From Eledone cirrhosa (Eukaryota): DNA of 64,000 nt. The position numbers and the translations under genes are program-made. Positions 36,919 through 51,500 of the stretch are shown piece by piece. The first letter of the stretch is position 1. Every line of letters begins with the position of its first letter. The stretch spans positions 125,674,001 to 125,738,000 of the forward strand of contig OZ024744.1 of the NCBI GenBank assembly GCA_964016885.1, read 5' to 3'. The notes under the pieces were generated by a model. The model worked only from the letters and a program-made list of their open reading frames with translations. It searched no databases and was not told the DNA's origin.

Positions 36919-37128
36919 GTCGGAAAACGAACCATTCCCGGTTCGCTTTCGAAGCGGGTTTCCGAAAACAGCGCTTCTCTCGACCGGGCCCGTCGTCCGC
37001 TCGGCGGTGGTTTTCATCGTCCCAGGCACGGCTAACAGGCGGAGACGGGACAAACGCGCGTGTTCCTTTTTTTATCAGCCGCAGCGCCGTTCGTATATAT
37101 GCTTAGGTTGTTTTTTTTTTAAATATCC

Positions 37129-37358
37129 TAAGTTAAGTTGGGGCTAAGTTAAGTTGGGGCTAAGTTAAGTTGAGGTTAAGTTGAGTTGGGGTTAAGTTAA
37201 GTGGGGGTTAAGTTAAGCTGGGGTTAAGTTAAGTTGAGGTTAAGTTAAGTTGGGGTTAAGTCAAGTTGGGGTTAAGTTAAGTTGGGGTTAAGTTAGGTTG
37301 GGGTTAAGTTAGGTTGGGGTTAAGTTAAGTTGGGGTTAAGTTAGGTTGCGGTTAAGTT
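37129..37358 (+). repeat. 16-bp G-rich telomere-like repeat (TTAAGTTAAGTTGGGG)n, ~14 copies
   Basis: Directly visible; variants contain TTAGG. Confidence 0.9.
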
Positions 37359-37360
37359 AC

Positions 37361-40300
37361 ATTCGCCGCCGGACTTCAGCTTCCTCATTTAGCATGGGCA
37401 GTTTTTCTTGAAAATCACACCACACACAGCAAATGTGTGTCCGCACATGTACCAGTAATTACAGATCGATTCCGGTGAAAATTCACTGAAAACGGGCCAT
37501 CCGGCCCTGTGCGTCGATCGTGGGCCGGCCGGATGTTGACGGATCGATGTGTAATTAGAAGTACATGTGCGGACACTCATTGGCTGTGCGTGGTATGCAT
37601 TTCAGCAAGATATCTCCGTAACATCAAGAGTTATGGCTGTGGAGGCACACCTAGTCAAACGTAAACAAGGTCTGGAGCGTTTACGCTTCGCGATTTTGTT
37701 TACGTTTGACTAGGTGTGCCTCCACAGCCACAACTCTTGATTTTACGGAGATATCTTGCTGAAATGCATACCGCGCACAGCCAATGAGTGTCCGCACATG
37801 TACTTCTAATTACACATCGATCCGTCAACATCCGGCCGGCCCACGATCGACGCACAGGGCCGGATGGCCCGTTTTCAGTGAAATTTCACCGGAATCGATC
37901 TGTAATTACTGGTACATGTGCGGAGACACATTTGCTGTGTGTGGTGTGATTTTCAAGAAAAACTGCCCATGCTAAATGAGGAAGCTGAAGTCCGCCGGCG
38001 AATGGTGTGCTTCGAAGAAAACTAATTCGAAAATGACCGTTTGCAGGCGGAGTAACCTTTTCGATCGTGGGCCAGCCGCCCGTGGTGGGATTCATCTGTA
38101 ATTACTGGTACATGTGCGGACATACATTTGCTGTGTGTGGTGTGATTTTCAAGAAGAACTGCCCATGCTAAATGAGGAAGCTGAAGTCCGCCGGCGAATG
38201 GTGTGCTTCGAAGAAAACTAATTCGAAAATGACCGTTTGCAGGCGGAGTAACCTTTTCGATCGTGGGCCAGCCGCCCGTGGTGGGATCCATCTGTAATTA
38301 CTGGTACATGTGCGGACATACATTTGCTGTGTGTGGTGTGATTTTCAAGAAGAACTGCCCATGCTAAATGAGGAAGCTGAAGTCCGCCGGCGAATGGTGT
38401 GCTTCGAAGAAAACTAATTCGAAAATGACCGTTTGCAGGCGGGGTAACCTTTTCAATCGTGGGCCAGCCGCCCGTGGTGGGATCCATCTGTAATTACTGG
38501 TACATGTGCGGACACACATTTGCTGTGTGTGGTGTGATTTTCGAGAAAGACTGCCCATGCTAAATGAGGAAGCTGAAGTCCGCCGGCGAATGGTGTGCTT
38601 CGAAGAAAACTAATTCGAAAATGACTATTTGCCGGCGGAATCACCTTTTCGGTCCTGGTCCGGCCGGATCTTGCCGGATCGATCGGAAATTTGTGGACCA
38701 TGTTCGGAAGGCCATTGTGCATGTGTGGTGAAAAAAATTTGTGTCGAAATCTTCTCGGAAAATAACGGATCGCCGGCGGAGATTGCCATTTCGATCGTGG
38801 GCCGGCCGGATCTTGTCGGATCGATTCGGACATATGTGCATCGTGTTCGCAAGGCCCTTGTCTATGTGTGGTGTGATTTTCATAAAGAAATTCCGAAAAA
38901 CCCAGTTTTAAATCTGATTTCGCCAAAGAATTTTGGCTATCAGATCGGGTTGAAAGGTATGGTTTCAGGTCGATCTGAAAGTCTAAAATGGGATTCACTC
39001 GGTTAGCTAACTTTTGATATATCGGAGATATCTTTCTGAAAATCACACCACACACTCCCAATGAGTGTCTGCACATGTACCAGTAATTACAGATGGATCC
39101 CACCACGGGCGGCCGGCCCACGATCGAAAAGGTTACTCCGAAGCACACCATTCGCCGGCGGAATTCATTTAGCATGGGCAGTTTTTCTCGAAAATCACAC
39201 CACACACAGCCAATGAGTGTCCGCACATGTACCAGTAATTACAGATGGATCCCACCACGGGCGGCTGGCCCACGATCGAAAAGGTTACTCCGCCTGCAAA
39301 CGGTCATTTTCGAATTCGTTTTCTTCGAAGCACACGATTCGCCGGCGGACTTCAGCTGCCTCATTTAGCATGGGCAGTTTTTCTCGAAACTCACACCACA
39401 CACAGCAAATGTGTGTCCGCACATGTACCAGTAATTACAGATCGATTCCGGTGAAAATTCACTGAAAACGGGCCATTCGGCCCTGTGCGTCGATCGTGGG
39501 CCGGCCGGATGTTGACGGATCGATGTGTAATTAGAAGTACATGTGCGGACACTCATTGGCTGTGCGTGGTATGCATTTCAGCAAGATATCTCCGTAACAT
39601 CAAGAGTTATGGCTGTGGAGGCACACCTAGTCAAACGTAAACAAGCTCTGGAGCGTATACGCTTCGCGATTTTGTTTACGTTTGACTAGGTGTGCCTCCA
39701 CAGCCACAACTCTTGATGTTACGGAGATATCTTGCTGAAATGCATACCACGCACAGCCAATGAGTGTCCGCACATGTACTTCTAATTACACATCGATCCG
39801 TCAACATCCGGCCGGCCCACGATCGACGCACAGGGCCGGATGGCCCGTTTGCAGTGAATTTTCACCGGAATCGATCTGTAATTACTGGTACATGTGCGGA
39901 CACACATTTGCTGTGTGTGGTGTGATTTTCACGAAAAACTGCCCATGCTAAATGAGGAAGCTGAAGTCCGCCGGCGAATGGTGTGCTTCGAAGAAAACTA
40001 ATTCGAAAATGACCGTTTGCAGGCGGAGTAACCTTTTCGATCGTGGGCCAGCCGCCCGTGGTGGGATACATCTGTAATTACTGGTACATGTGCGGACACA
40101 CATTTGCTGTGTGTGGTGTGATTTTCGAGAAAGACTGCCCATGCTAAATGAGGAAGCTGAAGTCCGCCGGCGAATGGTGTGCTTCGAAGAAAACTAATTC
40201 GAAAATGACTATTTGCCGGCGGAATCACCTTTTCGGTCCTGGTCCGGCCGGATCTTGCCGGATCGATCGGAAATTTGTGGACCATGTTCGGAAGGCCATT

Positions 40301-41385
40301 GTGCATGTGTGGTGAAAAAAATTTGTGTCGAAATCTTCTCGGAAAATAACGGATCGCCGGCGGAGATTGCCATTTCGATCGTGGGCCGGCCGGATCTTGT
40401 CGGATCGATTCGGACATATGTGCATCGTGTTCGCAAGGCCCTTGTCTATGTGTGGTGTGATTTTCATAAAGAAATTCCGAAAAACCCAGTTTTAAATCTG
40501 ATTTCGCCAAAGAATTTTGGCTATCAGATCGGGTTGAAAGGTATGGTTTCAGGTCGATCTGAAAGTCTAAAATGGAATTCACTCGGTTAGCTAACTTTTG
40601 ATATATCGGAGATATCTTTCTGAAAATCACACCACACACTCCCAATGAGTGTCTGCACATGTACCAGTAATTACAGATGGATCCCACCACGGGCGGCCGG
40701 CCCACGATCGAAAAGGTTACTCCGAAGCACACCATTCGCCGGCGGAATTCATTTAGCATGGGCAGTTTTTCTCGAAAATCACACCACACACAGCCAATGA
40801 GTGTCCGCACATGTACCAGTAATTACAGATGGATCCCACCACGGGCGGCTGGCCCACGATCGAAAAGGTTACTCCGCCTGCAAACGGTCATTTTCGAATT
40901 AGTTTTCTTCGAAGCACACCATTCGCCGGCGGACTTCAGCTTCCTCATTTAGCATGGGCAGTTTTTCTTGAAAATCACACCACACACAGCAAATGTGTGT
41001 CCGCACATGTACCAGTAATTACAGATCGATTCCGGTGAAAATTCACTGAAAACGGGCCATTCGGCCCTGTGCGTCGATCGTGGGCCGGCCGGATGTTGAC
41101 GGATCGATGTGTAATTAGAAGTACATGTGCGGACACTCATTGGCTGTGCGTGGTATGCATTTCACTAAGATATCTCCGTAACATCAAGAGTTATGGCTGT
41201 GGAGGCACACCTAGTCAAACGTAAACAAGGTCTGGAGCGTTTACGCTTCGCGATTTTGTTTACGTTTGACTAGGTGTGCCTCCACAGCGACAACTCTTGA
41301 TGTTACGGAGATATCTTGCTGAAATTCATACCACGCACAGCCAATGAGTGTCCGCACATGTACCTGTAATTACACATCGATCCGA
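37361..41385. repeat. Palindromic higher-order satellite array 2
   Basis: Centre motif at 37649, 39625, 41209 (spacing 1976=1584+2x196, then 1584). Confidence 0.95.
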
Positions 41386-41527
41386 CGACGGACAGAGTAT
41401 TCGGTTTATTTTCTTGACATATTTCTTTACATATTGTCCAGGCATGCACTTTTTCCATGATTAGTTCTGTTGACGGCCCGCTTTCCAAAATACCTTATCC
41501 TGTGCAACGCCGGGTACCACTGCTAGT
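41386..41527 (-). mobile_element. Helitron/Helentron-like terminus abutting the satellite array
   Basis: Reverse complement reads (TA)n-ACTAGCAGTGGTACCCGGCGTTGCACAGGATAAGGTATTTTGGAAAGCGGGCCG, homologous to 8094. Confidence 0.6.
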
Positions 41528-41747
41528 ATATATATGTGTATGTATATATATATATATATATATTGGTAAACGGAATAGAAAATTGTGACAAATTGTTCAC
41601 AGTGAAAAATAGTTTAATTAGGAATAAGTGATAATTAGTAATAGTATTGGTTAGTATTAAGTTTTGGTTTTAAGTTTTACCGGTTGCGCATTTCTAATGC
41701 TTTTCAAAAATAATTTTGAGATAGAGCGTCCGTGATGTTTGCTCTGA

Positions 41748-41795
<48 letters not shown>

Positions 41796-41945
41796 AACAG
41801 TAGAAAGGAAAAAGATTTTTTCAGTAGAAATTGCTGAAGAGATTCTTTCAGTGTAATTTCAAAACATTAATTTATTTATAAAGTGGATATTTCCACATTT
41901 AATAATGGCACTGGGTTCAGCATTATATACATTGTCAATTGTGGA

Positions 41946-42290
41946 TTCTACTTTTGGCACAAGGGCTGCAATTATCCAGTACATTACTGGTACTTTATTA
42001 TTTATACAAATAATAATTGTTTCTACTTTTGGCACAAGGGCAGCAATTACCCAGTACATTACTGGTACTTTATTATTTATACAAATAATAATTGTTTCTA
42101 CTTTAGGCACAAGGTCAGCAATTACCCAGTACATTACTGGTACTTTATTATTTATACAAATAATAATTGTTTCTACTTTAGGCACAAGGTCAGCAATTAC
42201 CCCAGTACTTTATTTTATCGACCCCGTAAGGATGAAAGAAAAGTTAACCTCAACGGGATTTGAACTCAGTCTGTAAAGGGAGGTAACTGC
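41946..42290 (-). repeat. 75-bp tandem repeat (~3.4 copies) at the tail of a minus-strand Meta-type SINE
   Basis: ttctacttt at 41946, 42021, 42096, 42171; SINE core ttttatcgaccccgtaaggatgaaag at ~42213. Confidence 0.8.
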
Positions 42291-45200
42291 TGGATTAATT
42301 TGGTTAATTAAGTTAACAGAAATTATGAACCGGTTTCTACAGAGCCTTCTGGACATTTAACCCTTTAGCATTTAAACCAGCCATACCTAGCCAGAATACT
42401 CTCACATCTTTCTGTTCAAACCAGCCATAACTGGCCACTCATACTGACGTTAAGGTATTGTTCTCAATATAAATAATATCAAAATCTCATAGATTCGATA
42501 TTATATGAGATAATTATGTAAGATAAAGCCTTTACCACAAAAATACAATAGTATATATAGAGTAATAAAAATGCTAAAGGGTAAAAGTAGCTTATTATTT
42601 TGTGAGCTCTTGCTACTTATTGCTCTTGTGCATCAAGAACATACACAGCTTACATTTTGTTGCTAATCTCACTGAGATCCAACTACATCTCTTGTTTATC
42701 CATAGTTTGGAATTTCTACCTACTCCTTTCCTTTAGAATGATCAAGGCCATTTTCTTGTGGGGATCTAGGCCCTGTTTTCCTTTCTATTTTGCCAAGTTA
42801 TCTTACATCACTTTCATTCTAGACCATGCTTCCAGGTTTGGAATTTCTCCTCTAATTTTACCACAGATTAAGTGACAAGGGTTCAATCATGTGCATACAG
42901 GAGTTCCCATGGACAGCCAGTAATATGTAATAGCCTGCAGGATGATAATAAACAGAAGAGGGTTAATTACAGAGCCCTGATAGAGGGTTAATAACAGAGC
43001 CCTGATAGACTTGTTCACTCAACTCCTCACTATAGCCATCATTACTTTTAACCTTACTGACTGCTCCTCCATACATGGCTTTTACTGCTCTCACAAGCCA
43101 CTCATATACCCCTAGTTTTCTAAGTTATACACCAGATTAGGGAAGGGGGAAGTCTCACAGAAGCTCTCTCTGGGTCAACAAATGCCAAGTAGAGGGGCTT
43201 ATTTTAGCTAGGTACTACTCTTGCAGTTGCCACACAAGGAAGAGGACATCAGTGGTACTTTTACCTGGCACAAATCCAAACTTCATCTCATCTAGGTTAA
43301 CTTGGTCCCTAATCAGCTGTGTTATAAATCTAACACCTTCATGAAGTGGTCCATCTAATATCTCTATAGTTTTCTAGCTCTAGTACATCTCCTTTGCCCT
43401 TGTAGCAGTTGATGATGATGATACTACACCATTTATTTGGTATGACACCATTTTGTATTACATGCTGTACGATACCAGTGGTTAAGATGTGACCCACCAT
43501 CCCAGATACTTTCAGTATCTCAGCAACTATCACCAATGGACAAGATACTTTCTCTGTCTTCATATCCTTAATTACCTTACTTCATATCCTTAATTACCTT
43601 ACTGCTTACTTGTATGGCTGGACCCTCTGTTGGGCCCACTTTCCGTAGACTATCTTCCTCCCATGCATTCTCCTCATTCAGTAATCTTTCATAAAGGCAT
43701 TTCCATGTTACAAAGGTTGGCTGAAAAGTTCATAGACTATCAATGATAGCATGATGCTAGAGCTGTGAAATCTTGCCTGCATTAATTTCAACTCTTCTTA
43801 TTAATAACTGCATTGTTTCCTTCCAGGGACTATGTTGAAAAATAAACCTCATTTGGTCATTCCATGAGTGTATCTTGGTCTGCCTATGAACTTTTCAGCT
43901 GACCCTATTCAGCATCAGTGAGCCCAAATGCCCCATTATCATCCTGGACACACTTTACCCCAACATCACAATTTGCCCTCACACACTGCCTCACAATCCT
44001 GAACATCTCATGTATTTCATCCTCACATCATAAAACCAACTGAAATTATATATTCTCTGCTTCCCTCCTTGCAAAGAATACTTCTTGCCTAGCTTCCTGT
44101 AGTGTACCCTCCAGCTGCCTCCATTCTGCCATTATTCCATGCCTGTCTCTTGGCCTTAACTGTCTCATCTACCCTAGTGTTTCACCACCAAGATACTCTC
44201 CTCTCTGAAGCCCTGCTCCAGCCACAGATCTAGTTTGACACCTTCAGCAAAGGTTCTTTAAGGAACTCCCACTGTTCCCCTATATTGTATGTTTCTATTT
44301 GTTCTTCCTTACTGTTGTAAAGATCAAACAAAATATCTCTAAATTTGGAACTGGCTGAGGGGTCCTTTAACTTCCATATCCTTCTCCTCCAAGTTGCCCT
44401 CAGTCTTCAAGTTCATCTAAGTCTATGAAATCACTAACTACTGGGTTATGTTGGGAGGTGCATTCTTCCCCAGGGGGTGGGGATTGTGTGTTTACAAATG
44501 TCAATATCTCATCTTCTGGTGAGGATAAAAATCTGACTGGCATGCTCCTCTGACCAATAGGTGTTGAAGTGGTTGTCGGGTAAACGTTAAGACCCTCTGA
44601 TATACATATATATATATATACTAGCAGTGGTACCCGGCGTTGCACGGGATAACGTATTTCGGAACGCGGGCCGCCATCTTCCACTTCAGCCGGTCGCCCT
44701 AAAGTGTTGGCTATTCAGTCTACTTGAGGCCAGTTGGTGAGGGGGGGGGGTAAAGCTTTCAGTGTGCTACTACCCTCACGGTCAAATAGAAAGGGAGAGG
44801 AAGAAAAGTCAGCGTTAATATCGTGCTACACGTTTGAAAGGTTGGATGACCTTAGAGTTCACCAGGGTGGGGGGTTCTAAAAGTATCTATCTTGGTATTT
44901 TATCTTAGAAGTAATCATTACAGAGTGTACTGGGTGTATTTTAGTGGGCAGTAATTCCATAAAGAACACAGTATAATCTGTGGACACAAGCCTTGCAGTG
45001 TGATTACAGGCAGGTTAATGGGAAAGATAGATTATATATGTGACATGATGTACATGAGAAGTGAGGACACAGACCACACATGAAATAGATTCCTACAACT
45101 GTCAGGGAGGCTCCCTAGAATTACAGATGACATATTTCAATATCTCGGTGATCAAGTTAGCAGTGGAGGAAGAATCTCTAAAAGTGTAATACCCAGGATA

Positions 45201-46642
45201 AGGACAGGCTGGAAGAAGTTTAGAGTACTGTTCCATCTGTTGACAACAAAGGGCTTCTCTCTCAGAATGGAGGCTAGACTGCTTGATACTTATGTGTGGT
45301 CTGCAATCTACACCCCAGCCATGCCCCTTCCACTACCACTCCTTAGCTATTTCTCTCCATTAATACTCCTCACATTTCAAGCAGTTTTCTCATCTCAATG
45401 AAAGAAAAATATTGGGCTCAAGAGAAGTCTTCAGTTATGCCATGGTGTGGCAACCTCCCTAGGGTTGGGCAGAGTGTAAATGAGAGTGAAATTAGGTATG
45501 AGAGGGATCATATGCAGTATACAAGAGAGTAGATTACATTGGTATGGTCATGTGATGGGTATAAAGGATGACAGCTGTATAAAAATGTGCTGGGCAATCA
45601 AAGTTGATGGAAGTTATGAAGGCGGAAGACCCAGGATGACCTGGGATGAGGTGATAAAAGATGACTTTGCACAATTGCAACTCTCAAAGACAATGACACA
45701 GGATAGAGATCTTGAGATGTATGCAGCAATACAGAAGGCCTGCTTTCCAATGTGCACGGACTCAAACATACATCTAGTAGGCCCCTCCTAACCACTATAC
45801 TCCTTTCCAAACTCCCACACTCCCACTTCTGTACACACCACCTTTAGACTGTAAAGTGGTAGTGTACAAGTCACAACAAAAGCACCCAGTCCACTCTGTA
45901 AAGTTGATGTGTTGGTGTCATAACAAAAGGCACTCAGTCCACTCTGTAAAGAGGTTGTGTAAGTGTCACAACAAAGACATCTAGTCCACACTGTAAAGTG
46001 GTCATGTAGGTGTCACAACAAAAAGTACCAGTCATTATTGTAAAGTGGTTGTATAGGTGTCATAACAAAAAGCACCCAGTCGACACTGTAAAGTGGTTGT
46101 GTAGGTGTCAGAACCAAAAGCACCCAGTCCACCCTGTAAAGTGGTTGTGTAGGTGTCATGATAAAAAGCACCCAGTCCACACAGTAAAGTGGTCATGTAG
46201 GTGTCACTAAAAAAGCACCCAGTCTACTCTGTAAAGTGGTCATGTAGGTGTCATGACAAATAGCACCCAGTCCACCCTGTAAAGTGTTCATGTAGGTGTC
46301 ATGATGGAGAGTAACCAGTCCACAATGTAAAGTAGCCATGTAGCTGTCACAACAAAGCACCCAGTCCACACTGTAAAGTGGTCATGTAGGTGTCATTTCA
46401 AAAAGCACCCAGGTCCATGGCTTGGCCTGCTAACCGACGCTATACCCAAGTCGGTCGCCATGCTTTCCAGCATAGAGTTACGTCTCTTTATGGTCTGAGT
46501 TCAAATCACGCCGAGGTTAACTTTGCCTTTCATCCTTACGGGGTCGATAAAATAAAGCACCAGTAATGTACTGGGGTCGATTTAATCGACTTTCCCCTCC
46601 TCTGCCAAATGACACACACATGCATGGTTCGGGGGAACCTAC

Positions 46643-46684
<42 letters not shown>

Positions 46685-47563
46685 GTAGGTCACTGGTTGA
46701 GTCGGTATTAACCACAGTAACTAAGGTACTCAATACATATTAGATATAGGTGTCTTTCTAATTGCTGGCCTTGTTCATAAGGTATACACAAGTATGATGT
46801 GTGTCTGTTTAACTGTACGTGTGAAAACATCGCGAAATTGCGCCTTTTAATATTTGAATATAAACAGTTAAAAAATAATTATTTTAGTAATTTTTAAATA
46901 TCGATAATGTGTATATAAATATTAGAAATCAATTTAATTAGTTCAGTAACATTACTCGGAGTTAAGATAAACCTTCATTTGAAGAAATTCGAGATTTGAC
47001 CAAATAAATAGATTATGTGATCAATAAAAAAAATATGTATACGCGCTTGAACGACGGGTTGCAGACAGTCAGGCATACAGACACATATTTTAAAGCGTGC
47101 GACGTTAAAAGTGTTACTCTCTCTCTTTTTAGATAGATAGACTTAATTAAAGCAGTTTCACTCTCTCTATATTTCATCAGCTCTCTCTCTCTTAAATTGA
47201 AAGATTCATTAAGGCTGAAATAATCTAAACAGTAACATCATGTTTCGCCAGCTCTAGCTTGCGTCCAGAGATATACACACACATATATATATATTTTTTT
47301 TGTTATCGAGTTGAGCTTTGCCAAGCATAGAATTCCAAATTTGACCATCTCCACTGAAAATGTTCGTGAAATAGTCTTTAAGAAGCAATTTAATTTTTTC
47401 CAACTGAAACTGTAAGTATTTTAAAATTTATTTCAACATGGTCTTAAAAGATTGTTGGCTTTTTTTAAATTCATAACTATTTACTATGAAATATAAATTA
47501 TTAAATCCAATTTATTTGATAACCATGATTTGATTTTATAATTACCTGAATCACGTTAACATG

Positions 47564-47614
<51 letters not shown>

Positions 47615-47874
47615 GTGTGTGTATATATATATATATATAATAATTGTTTCTACGTTACGCAGTGTATTACTGGTACTGTATTTTACGATATTAAATATTA
47701 AATATTAACTATTAGATATTAAATATTAAATATTAGATATTAGATATTAAATATTAAATATTAAATATGATATCCCTGAAATATATATAATGAAATAAAT
47801 ATGGTTTTATAAATGTAATTTCCATTTGTTTAATATCAAATATATATATATATATATATATGTATTTATGTATA

Positions 47875-47912
<38 letters not shown>

Positions 47913-48139
47913 GCAGACACAGACACAGAATATCGTATATATCACACACACACAATTAAGACTTGACGTGTTGCAGACAGCCAGACATACAGAGAGATAT
48001 TTTAAAGCGTGCGACCTTAAATGCCTTACTCTTTCTCTTATCAAAAGAGAAAGAGTAATGCTAACACTTACGTCTACTTCACGCTCTCTTGAACCGTTAC
48101 AGAAATTGCATCACATCTAATTATAACTTTGTACGTTTG

Positions 48140-48316
<177 letters not shown>

Positions 48317-48378
48317 GTGTGTGTGTGTATATATATACACACACACGTGTATATATATATATATATATACACACACAC

Positions 48379-48409
<31 letters not shown>

Positions 48410-48460
48410 AATACACACACACGTGTGTGTGTATATATATATATATATACACACACACAC

Positions 48461-48506
<46 letters not shown>

Positions 48507-48549
48507 GTGTGTATATATATATATATACACACACACGTGTGTGTGTATA

Positions 48550-51500
48550 TAATAATAATAATGAAATGATTGTGTACAGTGCTCAGGTGCACTACAACTC
48601 ATCAAAGGTGCATGTATAGTACATAGAATAATGTACAAATGTCAGGAAAATAAACAGTGTATGAGTCATGATATAATAACAATAACAATAATGAAATATT
48701 GTGCACTGCCCAGGTGCACCACAACCCATCAAAAAAGTGCATGTACAGTACATAGGGCAATGCACAAACATCAGTAAAATGAACAGTGCACACATGTGTG
48801 CATGTGTATGGAAGGGGCACATCAGGTGTAGTTTTGGCGTATTTCGGGAAGCATGAGTGTCTTAAAGGATGCAGTGTCTCGGCAGCTAACAATTGACGCA
48901 GGCAGTTTGTTCCATGTTTCAGCAACTCTGAGCGTGAAAAAATGTCTGCGAAAGTCATGGGAGCTGTGCTGTTTTCTTATCTTGTAGGCATGTCCACGTG
49001 TGTTAGACACATGGAGATCAAAGAGGCGCTCAGGGTTGCAGTTGGCGAGATGGTTAAAAACTTTGTGGGTATTCACCAAGTCCACTGCCAGATGTCGGAG
49101 CTTCAATGAATCCATGCCCAGGGAAGCAAGGCGTTCAGAGTATGGTAGGTGTCTGATGGAGGGTATGCGCTTGGTTGCACGTCTCTGAACAGTTTCCAGG
49201 AGGTCAATGTTCCGAGCAAGATAGGGGTTCCAGACTGATGATGCGAATTCCAAGTGTGGTCGCACCATAGCTGTATACAGTTTTAAATAGATGGCTGGAG
49301 AGCGGCTAACAAAGGTCTTGCTGAGTGATGCCAAGACACCCTCGGCCTTCTTGACAATCTTAGAGACATGCTTTGTCCAACGCAAATCGTTGCCGACAGT
49401 AATGCCCAGGTCACGTTCACAAGAGGACTTTTTGATGTCAGTGTTGTGGAGGGAGTATGTGGACGCTGGATTTTTCCTTCCAAAATGCATGGTGGTACAC
49501 TTGTCCACAGCCAGCTTCAGTTGCCAGTCTGTGATCCATTGCTGCATTGTGTCCAGGTCTGATTTTAGGAAAGAGTTGTAAATTTCAGGATCAGTCCTTT
49601 TGATTTCAAGGTACAGCTTGATGTCATCTGCATATTTTAGTACCGTGGCATTCTGTAAGTTGGCATCTATGTCATTAATATATGCCACAAACAAAAGAGG
49701 ACCAAGAACAGATCCCTGTGGTACACCAGATGACATCTCATATGGTGAAGAATGCTGTCCTAGAACCGTGACTACTTTCCTTCGGCTGAGAATGAAGGAT
49801 TTCAGCCAGTCGAAAAGATCATCCCTCACACCCATTGCAGAGAGTTTTGCCATAAGTCTTTTGTGTGGCACAGAATTAAAAGCCTTAGCAAAGTCAAGGT
49901 AAACAACATCCACCCATGAGCCGCTGTCAGTGATCCGGGTGATGTCCTCAAGGAACTCGATAAGCTGATCACAGCAGCTGGAGTTAGGGATAAATCCAAA
50001 CTGTGAGGGCCGGATGAGGCTGTGAGAGCTCCAGAAGTTCCAAAGTGTTTCTCTGACACAGGATTCCATCAGTTTGGCCATACAGCTAGTAAGACTGACT
50101 GGACGATAGTTGACAGGTGACATGCGGTTGCCCTTTTTGAACAGGGGAATGACACTGGCAGTTTTCCACTGCTCCGGAGTAGCACCATTGCTGAGACAGT
50201 ATTGAAAGAAAAAAGAAAGCTGGCGCAAAAGGAAATCCCCGCCACGTTTGAGAAGCAGGTATGTCACACCATCAAGACCAGGGGAGGCATAGTTGCGCTT
50301 ATTCTTAAGGTGACGTCGCAACATTGCAGGTGTAAATTCCATAGTTGTTATGGAATTTGATGTTAGAGATGGTGGAGATGGTACATTCTGGTTTTCAACA
50401 GTAAAAATACTTGCATAGCACTCAGCAATGAGTTCTGCGCATTCCTTGGGATCGTCAGTGATCTGGCTTGTGTGGGGATTGCGAAGAGGACCAACTGGAG
50501 AGTGAGGTCTCTGCTTTGAATGAACATATTTCCAGAACACCTTACTGTCAGGATTGGTTGCGATGCACTGTTCAAATTCAAGCACTGCCTTCTTTGTCAC
50601 TTGCTTGAGATGGTTAGAAGATTTATTCCGCTTTTTTCTGTTGGCATCTGATCTATGCAGTTTATATTCCCGTTCAGCGTTCCGACGTTCTTTCCTGGCA
50701 AGTCGGACTGCTGAAGTTTCCCAGATTGCACTTTTGGGGTGGTTATTTTTCCGCTTCCGTGGCACTGATGCTGCACACGCTATCCATATTGAGTCCAGGA
50801 TGCTCTGGAGTATAGAGTTCACATCTCCAGAGTTATACATCTCATGCCAGTTTGGGCGCTGTAGCTCAGTGCAGTACAAGTTCCAATCCGCCCTCTTCCA
50901 ATCAAAGCAAGCAGATTGGAGATGGCTCTGGTTTTTGTTGCTGCCCTCAAGTGCCAGATTGGCAATGATCATAGCATGATCAGAGTCGCCTAGAGGTTCC
51001 TCAGTAGTACAACTGATAACCACTTCAGGAGTAGTGGTGAAGATCAGGTCCAAAGTGTTGTCACCTCTTGTTGGAGAGGTGACTACTTGTGACCAGTTTG
51101 AGTCCAGCACTAGTTCAAGGAAATCGTTTGCACCCTGTGGCCAACGAAAGGTTTCCCAATCGATCTCAGGATGATTGAAGTCACCTGCAATAAACACATA
51201 AGTGGCTGTTTTCTTGGCAGCAACTCTGAGGATATCGCAAAGCTGTGTGTCCTGATGGTAGTTTGGGGGGCGATAAACAACACCAAGCAGAAGTGTTGAC
51301 ATGGTCATACGTATGTCACAGAAAAAAACTTCTTCCTGTGATTCGTTCAAATCAACGCAAGGAATTACCGAAAAGTTTGAACGAACGTAGACCATCACAC
51401 CACCACCACGGCGGTTAATGCGGTCCTTGCGGAAAAGGTTGTACCCAGTAATGGTGAAAACCCCATCACAGAGTAAGGAATGTGCCCATGTTTCCGTGAC

